Shown one piece after another: positions 56,645-64,000 of a stretch of DNA of 64,000 nucleotides. The stretch lies in assembly GCA_002245135.1 (NCBI GenBank), contig NGBS01000334.1, positions 1 to 64,000 of the forward strand. Direction: 5' to 3'. Both the position numbers and the translations under genes were made by a program. The notes under the pieces are model-generated. The model was not told the origin of the DNA. It searched no databases and worked only from the letters and a program-made list of their open reading frames with translations. This DNA is from Proteromonas lacertae (Eukaryota). How positions within the stretch are numbered: position 1 is the first letter of the stretch; each line of letters starts with the position of its first letter.

Positions 56645-57118
56645 ATGAGTAATTTTGCTAGAGTATATGAATTCTATGTATTCTTTGATGTACTTAAAAA
56701 TTATATTAGTAGTTTAAATGATATAAGTAGAAGGGTCTATAAATTAAATCTAAGTGAAAATTTAAGTAGTAAAGATAAAACAGATCTAAGAGATAAAATA
56801 AAGTCTTTTGTAACTTTCATACAAAATATCGAATTGAAATATAACAGAAGTAAAATAGCAACCACATTTAACAAATCTGAATTAACATCTTATAGACTGG
56901 ATATTATAGAAGACTTAGAAAAATTAATTAATAAACTGGACACTTTCTATGTAGAAGATTTTGCATATATTTCTGAAGAAGATTTCAATTTGAATGCAAA
57001 TACTATTAAAAATTTTAGATATATAAAAAATCATTATCTCTATTTAATCGATACAAATTCAGAATTAAATTCTATATATAATATTTTTAAAACCAGATTG
57101 GAAGATGATAAAGACTAA
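56645..57118 (+). CDS. Element orphan alpha-helical protein (157 aa)
   Basis: Clean intronless ORF divergent from pPolB. Confidence 0.6.
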   Translation: MSNFARVYEFYVFFDVLKNYISSLNDISRRVYKLNLSENLSSKDKTDLRDKIKSFVTFIQNIELKYNRSKIATTFNKSELTSYRLDIIEDLEKLINKLDTFYVEDFAYISEEDFNLNANTIKNFRYIKNHYLYLIDTNSELNSIYNIFKTRLEDDKD

Positions 57119-57126
57119 TTAATTTT

Positions 57127-58080
57127 TTATTTGATTTTTAACATATTGTTTAAAGTTGGTATTATTTCATTTAATTGTTTTTCTAATTCTTTTTGTAAAT
57201 ATTGACTTGCTTTTTTTTTTCCTTCTAATCTTCCTATTTGATGTAATACCATATCATCTAATCCTAAATTGTTGTTCCCCGTATGGCGGAAATCCCCGTA
57301 TGGCGGAACTCTATATTGCAGAATGATTCAATCAAAACTAATATGATATTCATGATGTTTGGAGTTAGTTATTAACAAATATATAGTTAGTTTGTCATAT
57401 GACCTACATCTGTGATATACTTTTTTATGAACTTCATTATTATCAATATTAAACTAATTTTTGTATATTTTCTATTTTAATGTATCAGTCACTACTACAG
57501 CCTAAAATACATTATCTGATATGAATAGAATACATTATTTTTAATGTTAAGGCGGTTAAAAAAGAAAAAAGAAAAAATAAGTTCAAGCCTCACTCAAGCC
57601 TACTCTTTAATTTCCTTTTTTATTACCTAAACAATAAAAATAATGTATTCTATTCATATCAGATAATGTATTTTAGGCTGTAGTAGTGACTGATACATTA
57701 TAATAGAAAATATACAAAAATTAGTTTAATATTGATAATAATGAAGTTCATAAAAAAGTATATCACAGATGTAGGTCATATGACAAACTAACTATATATT
57801 TGTTAATAACTAACTCCGAACATCATGAATATCATATTAGTTTTGATTGAATCATTCTGCAATATAGATTTCCGCCATACGGGGATTTCCGCCATACGGG
57901 GAACAACACTAAATGATATTCTTCATTTAATTCTTTTAATTTTAATATAATCTCACATGCTATTTTAATTGATGTTTGATAGTCATTGCTCCCATCATCT
58001 TTCTTATTGAGATATACATTACACATTTCATATAAAGAATCAAAACCATTTTCTGCTTCTTCTTTAATTAGATTATCCAT
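57127..58080 (-). pseudogene. 102-aa element orphan gene disrupted by the foldback insertion
   Basis: Removing 57270-57908 and one TSD copy fuses MDNLIKEE...EEYHL to GLDDMVLHQIGRLEG...MLKIK* in frame. Confidence 0.85.
57270..57908. mobile_element. Non-autonomous foldback/MITE element, TGTTG...CAACA ends, 274-bp TIRs, 6-bp TSD CTAAAT
   Basis: Arms 57270-57543 and 57635-57908 (3 mismatches), 91-bp spacer, CTAAAT at 57264-57269 and 57909-57914, subterminal tandem 17-mer TCCCCGTATGGCGGAAA. Confidence 0.93.
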
Positions 58081-58123
58081 ATATGAAATTAGAATATTCT
58101 AGAAAATGCAAAAATAAATTATG

Positions 58124-58228
58124 ACCTAATATGACATAGGTCACGTATTTTTAAAAAGTTTGGTTTGGTGTGCCAGGAGCCCGAGTCATACGGCTCGGTG
58201 TGCCAGAACCTTTATTTACTATTATTAT
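58124..58228 (-). repeat. Right TIR of the Polinton-like element
   Basis: Reverse complement of 44959-45063. Confidence 0.95.
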
Positions 58229-58257
58229 ATATAATACCAATTTTATAACCTAAATAG

Positions 58258-58559
58258 ATATTGGAATGAGTATGAAAGGATTTAGAATGTTAATAGATAG
58301 ATTAAAGTTTTTTAAACTCATAAGAAATTTGAATATATCAGGAAATGAATTGAATGAAAAAGGATTAAGATTAATGAAAGAAAATGAAAGAATATTTGAT
58401 GGTTTAAGGGAATTATCAATAACTGTAAGAGAAGGTGTAGATAAATTTGAATTAAAATCATTCTTAAAAACATTCTCATCAGTTAATACAATCAAACTAG
58501 ATGGAATTTCAGAAGAAGAAAAGAAAGAACTATCAAAAGCATTCTTCAATATTCAATAA
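58258..58559 (+). pseudogene. Orphaned last exon of an RI-like leucine-rich-repeat gene
   Basis: IRNLNISGNELNEKG, LRELSI and VNTIKLDG LRR units follow an intron-acceptor-like TAAATAG; no 5' exons are found beyond the TIR. Confidence 0.55.
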
Positions 58560-58889
58560 TTAATATCTCATTATATTTGTTGTTTGATGGATTAAAAATA
58601 AACGAAAGAAGCTGTTATTGAAAATTCTACAAGGTTATACTTAATATTTCTTCTAATAGAAAATAATATGATGTAAAGGTATTATTTTAAACTATTCTGA
58701 GTATAATTATTCCATAACTGAAGAAGTTTAAGAAGAATTTAAATTATGTGGGGTATGGAAAAAATATCAATCAAATTTGTATTTTGATCAAGCTTTTATC
58801 AATCAAATAAAAATATCATTCAAAAACCGTTTTTTCGTTTTTAATTTTTAGTATGATTAAAGGCTTTATATTTCCTAGATTTTATATAA

Positions 58890-60806
58890 ATGGCTGAAAG
58901 TACAGCAAAGGAAATGAGATTAGCAGGAGTTATTGGTTTAGATGGTATTTTTTGATACTTTTTATATTTGTTAATAGGAACAAATCCCAAAAGCATTTTA
59001 TACCATCCAGATGGTTTACATATTGTTTATTCTTTGGGTTCAACTGTAGTGATTAGAAATATAACTTCAGGAAAGCAAGTATTTTTGACTGGTCATACAG
59101 ATCGTGTATCATGTTTCGATATTAGTAAAGATGGTAAATACATTGCCTCTGGACAAATCACACATATGGGTTTTCTAGCTATTGTTATAGTATGGGATTT
59201 TGAAAAAGCAATACAAAATGGAAATATATACGAAGGACCTCACGAACGAGTATACACATTAGAACTACACAAAGTAAAAGTCCAAGCAGTTGCCTTTTCT
59301 CCATCAGGTGAATTCCTAACTACACTTGGTGGTCAAGATGATAATAATGTTGTCGTATGGGATATGAAGACAGGTGATGCAATCTGTGGTAGTCCATCTG
59401 CACCAGATACAAGTCTCTGTTTAGAATGGTATAACAATAGTGATGCAATATTTGTAACATGTGGACATGGAGGTATAAGAATATGGGAGTTTGATCGTCC
59501 AGGTAGAAAGATACATCCAACTGACTGTATGTTAGGACAATATAAAAGAACATTCTGTTCCTTAGCTATTAGTGAATCAGATGAATCAATCTTTGCAGGT
59601 ACTTTAACAGGTGATATATTAAGAGTAAGTGGTAATACTGCTAGATTAATATGTGCAGGTGATAAACGATATTCATTAGGAGTTACATCATTAAGATCAT
59701 ATACATGTGGTTCAGGTAATAGAGCAATGGATTACTTAATGTTTGGTACAGGAGATGGTATGATTGGTAGATGTAAGAGTTATGATAGAGAAATGAAACA
59801 AGAGTTTGTACAACAAGTAGATGGTGGTGTTACTGCTATTACAATAAGTCCTGATTTCAAGAAAATAATGATTAGTACAAATATGGGTAATAGATATGAA
59901 GCTCCAATAGAGAATATGAAACCAACATTGAAAGAAACATCTCATCATTCTCAAATTAATGATGTTGCATTCCCACAAGGATGTTCTGAATTATTTGCAA
60001 CTTGTAGTAAAGGTGAAATTAGATTATGGAATAGTCGAAATCGTAAGGAGTTATTACGTATTAGAGTTCCAAATCAAGATTGTTTATCTGTATTTATATC
60101 TCCAGATGGTAAATCAATAGTTAGTGGTTGGGATGATGGTAAAATCAGAGCATTTTATCCAGAAAGTGGTAAGTTATTATACGTTATTCATGATGCTCAT
60201 CAAGAGGGTGTTACTGCATTAGATATGACTCAAGATAGCCAGTTTATATTGAGTGGAGGAACAGATGGACAAGTCAGATTATGGAGGTTATTGCCACAGA
60301 AACAAAGAATGGAAGTGTCACTTAAAGAACATAAAGGAGGAGTTAACTTCATAAGAATCAGAAGTGATGGTTTACAAGCAATCTCTGCCTCTAATGATGG
60401 TTCTTGTTTGATATGGGATATGAAAAGATTCATTAGATTAGCTGCAGTATATGCAAGCACTATGTTTAAATGTGCTTTATACCATCCAGATCATAGTCAG
60501 TTCTTAACTTGTGGAAGTGATAGAAAGATTACATATTGGGATGCTGTTGATGCTAATGCAATAAGAATAGTTACACCTAAAGGATGTGATAGTGAGTTGA
60601 CTACTTTAGATATTACAGCAGACGGTGCTCATTTTGTAAGTGGAGGAGGTGATAAAGTGATAAGAATATGGGATTATGATGAAGGTTTTGTGGATATGGA
60701 AGGACATGGACATTCAGGAAGTATAACTAGAGCTGTCTATACACCTGATCAGAAGAATGTAGTATCTGTTGGAGCTGAAGGTGGTATTTTTATATGGAAT
60801 CTTTAA
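58890..60806 (+). CDS. CFAP52: Cilia/flagella-associated WD40 protein 52 (WDR16)
   Basis: LAGVIGLDG|T start with one intron; IASGQITHMGF, LGGQDDN, ICGSP, SGWDDGKIRAF.PESGKL, GSDRKITYWD, VGAEGGIFIW. Confidence 0.92.
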
Positions 60807-60938
60807 TTATCTTTAATATTATATTCATCATCTTTATTATTTGCTTTTTTTTTTTAATTAAATATATATTTTGTTTGTTAAATATTCAAAATTATATATA
60901 AAGAAACAAATTTTAAATTCAAATTAACTAAATTTACC

Positions 60939-61984
60939 TCAGCATATTAAGCCATCTTCATTAATACTATATGTACAACTCATATTCATATTTGGCCCTT
61001 TTAAAACACTCATTTTAAACAAATTATTATTCAAATTCTCTAACAAATACTCTCTATCACTTACATAACTCCATATAACACCATTACCTACTTTATATTC
61101 GATTCTATTATCATTTGTTATATTACTAGTTGCTGCATTTGTTAATATTATTCCTATATTATACCTCGAACTAATCTCATGAATTAATTGATTAAATACA
61201 ATAATATCTTGTTGAACTAATGAAATAATAATAAATATATAATAATGAAAAAATACTGTTTTTATATTCATTATTTTCATATTGATTTGATAATAACAAA
61301 GGGTTTATACTATCAATTACAATTAATCTTAAACTATTATAAAATATATTATTGTTTCTTTCCATATTGTTTATTACTGAAATTAAGAACAATTTTAATT
61401 CATTTAATCGAAATACTCGTTTTATTCTTATTGCCTCTAATAATTTCATTTTCATATTAATATTCTAAAAAATTAATTAAAAAGTAATTATACTATATTT
61501 GTCCCTATTTGTTTGATTATTTTCAGTATATCAAAATTATTACTAGAATCAATATATATCACATTTCCTTCATTTTTCATTACATTATAACATATCAAAT
61601 GACAGAGACTGCTTTTACCTGTTCCACTTGATCCACTAAACTCATTTACACAATTACTGTATATTCCATTATCTAATAGCATATCAATACTTTCTATATT
61701 CAATGGAAATATCACATTAACACTTTTAGCTTTTTGTAAGTAACTTAATCCACTATTTGCTTTAATACTATACTTTTCTATTACATAACATCTTAAATGG
61801 TTTAACAACTACAATAGAAATATATGATAAACAAAAAATATACATCACAAGATAAACCACTATTTTTACTTAAACTATCAATATTTCTTTCTAAAAACCC
61901 TTCAACTGTTCGAATTGGAGGATCTACATTCGATAAACTATTAATAATTTTATCATCACATCCTATAGACAAAAGAGAAGGCAT
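60939..61984 (-). CDS. RAD51 paralogue (RAD51D-like), multi-exon
   Basis: SIDMLLDNGI, EFSGSSGTGKSSLC (Walker A), YIDSSNNF, LIVIDSI (Walker B), ILTN, GVIWSYV. Confidence 0.75.
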
Positions 61985-62239
61985 TTTTATATTTTTAAGA
62001 AATCCCGCCAAAACTCAGATCATGAATGTAATTTACATTCTTTATACTTATTGTTGGTAATTAATTAAATTGAAGTGTATATACCAATTCAGAATACAAA
62101 ATTGGAAGTTCTGAAATTTAAAAAGTAATTAATAAAATTCTACAACAACCTTAATGCATGAATTAGATTTATTAAGTAATCAATACATAAACATTAACCA
62201 AATATTAACAACAACAATAATATAGACTAATTATCTCAT

Positions 62240-64000
62240 TTACTGATTCAACATTCCAACACTTCCATATTCTATTGCCAATAATATATTCTTTTTCATT
62301 GTCTCATAATCACTATAAGGAGGTAAATCCACTAAAAAGAAACAAGTATGAGCTGTTGGTAATTGAGATGGATCTCCAGCTTTTCTAATCTTGAATTTAG
62401 TTGCCCAATTATAAGTACATGGAATTCTTGTTACTCCCCATACAAAATAAATCCAACTACTCTTTTGCTCTTCAGTCAATTCATTCATCACAATCAGAAA
62501 TTGTTTATTACATCATCATCTTCATTATATCCTTCATATTGAGTGTTTCTCTTTAATGCAGATATATCAATTTCTTGACTTCCGCATATGAAATATTCTA
62601 ATTCTGATACACTTAAGAAATATAAAACATTTTCGTGTATAACACTATACAAACCATCTCTCATTGAATCAATTTGTTTATCAAATTCATTTATTCTGAA
62701 TTTATATATTTTATCTAACATTTCATCTCGATTTTCTAATGTTAATGAGATGTTTGATCCACCATCAATAAATTCTTCATATTCACCTATGAAATTAGAT
62801 ACAACACATTTCGTATCTTCATCAACTACATATGGGAAATCTTCATCAGAACATTCTTTAATACTGTTTATATAATTCACTATTATTGGATCAATAAATT
62901 CTAAATCTTTCATTGTTATATCTTCTGTTTTTCCTAACAATTTCTTCCATACTAAAGGTGGGAATGAGAATGGTAATGATAAATCATATCTTAATGATAT
63001 TCCCATCAGTATTCCAATGAATTTATACATATTTAATAAACTTGGACATTTCCATTTAGGATATGGCACAAATGTACCTGTTTTTCCACAATTTAACATT
63101 AATTTCAAATTTGGATTGAATATACTACTTACAATCTGAGTTATTGAATCTCTAAATAAACCACCAGCATCAATTCCTTCTTCACCTTTATACATAACAG
63201 TCATAAAGAATTTATTACATTTAAACAATTCTATAGGTTGATCTTTTAATTGTAAATACGCTTGAATAAACATTGAATGACTATGTAATGGATTATCAAA
63301 TACTACACTCTCTTCTTGTTTTGCAGCTAATGAATCAAATAATACTGGGAACTGGATTAATATCTACTGCATTCTGTTTTAAAATTGTGGATATGAAAGT
63401 AAATTTTTGTAAACGAGGTAATAGATAAAGTGATTCTTTCATTTGATTTCCTAAACAATTTGGATATTTTAATGAGAAATCTACTAATAAATAGAATATT
63501 TCCCATAATTGTATGAATTCATCAATTAATCTAAGTCTAAAATCTCTCAATAATTGTGGATAACTACATAATAATGGATATTTCTTCTCAAATCCTTCTT
63601 CTTGTCGGAAATGAATACCACCTCCTAGTTTATTGGCATTATAATATTTTATAATCTCTAAATCAGCTTCTATTGGCCATTTATGCATTTTTCATATAAA
63701 CTTAATATCTCTTCTTTGTTCTGATTTACAACATTAGATAACTTATCTCTCGGGAATCTACAAATTGAATCTACAATTACTGAAATACCATAGTATTCTT
63801 TATCTGTTGGAAAAACAGCACCTTCTTCTTTTGTTATTGAGAGACTAAATCCACTACATGTAGCTTTTATTATTGGTTGATATGGAGGTTTCACTATATG
63901 TTTTTGTTCTCCAATTTTTATCATTAAATGATATTTGGGTGGTAATCTAAAACGAGGATCAAAGAATATTCTACATTGCTCAGCACCAGGTATTGAATAT
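62240..64000 (-). CDS. HECT E3 ubiquitin ligase, C-terminal part (starts beyond the window); three 1-bp frame breaks
   Basis: YKGEEGIDAGGLFRD, FIGILMG, WKKL, ICG, FVWG..RIP, LPTAHTCFF.VDLPPYS (catalytic Cys). Confidence 0.9.

Larger units (their letters stand above)
44959..58228. mobile_element. Polinton/Maverick-like endogenous DNA virus (13.27 kb)
   Basis: 105-bp terminal inverted repeats (103/105 identical) enclosing pPolB, rve integrase, major and minor capsid-like genes and orphan ORFs. Confidence 0.93.

Noticed and set aside
57276..57309. Tandem GC-rich 17-mers as a CRISPR-like array
   Set aside because: Only two adjacent units with no spacers; they are subterminal repeats of the foldback element.
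57393..57406. TGTCATATGACCTA in the foldback arm resembling TGACCTATGTCATAT in the Polinton TIR
   Set aside because: Only 7-8-bp permuted matches in AT-rich DNA; not enough to claim shared origin.
57832..58080. 82-aa ORF as a complete gene
   Set aside because: Its last ~25 codons are read-through into the inserted element; the original C-terminus lies at 57127-57263.
60807..60880. Blastocystis-type stop codons created by polyadenylation (TGTTTGTT motif at about 60872)
   Set aside because: The genes examined have encoded stop codons; cannot be supported without transcripts.
62491..62500. Alternative genetic code (TGA=Trp) in the HECT gene
   Set aside because: The frame also shifts at this point; a missing G in TGG explains it, and TGG is used for Trp throughout.

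Overview
Very AT-rich, gene-dense eukaryotic (protist) nuclear DNA with tiny GT-AG introns (mostly about 26-50 nt, often with (AT)n runs) and the standard code. The flagellar gene CFAP52/WDR16, an oomycete-type PKD-RyR channel and an intronless Firmicutes-like GH3 suggest a flagellated, gut-dwelling stramenopile (inference only). Host genes: A2M-like protein, TRAPPC10-like, two sugar porters flanking a GH3 beta-glucosidase with a shared upstream motif, UBA4/MOCS3, PIF1, SAPS protein, APE1/ExoIII with a long repeat tail, nicotinamidase-ankyrin-RyR-polycystin channel, BLTP2/Hobbit, WW-ankyrin protein, two DnaJ paralogues, CFAP52, RAD51 paralogue and a HECT ligase. The main accessory feature is a 13.3-kb Polinton/Maverick-like endogenous virus (44959-58228) with 105-bp TIRs, protein-primed PolB, rve integrase, and major and minor capsid genes, but no visible packaging ATPase or protease. 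It carries a five-exon gene, missed by the ORF track, whose product starts with a histone-H3-tail-like MARTKPT and ends in a SIM-like LIIISDDEC. It is itself interrupted by a 639-bp TGTTG...CAACA foldback element with a perfect 6-bp TSD. Many ORFs, host and viral alike, are broken by 1-bp indels in short homopolymers, most likely assembly errors.
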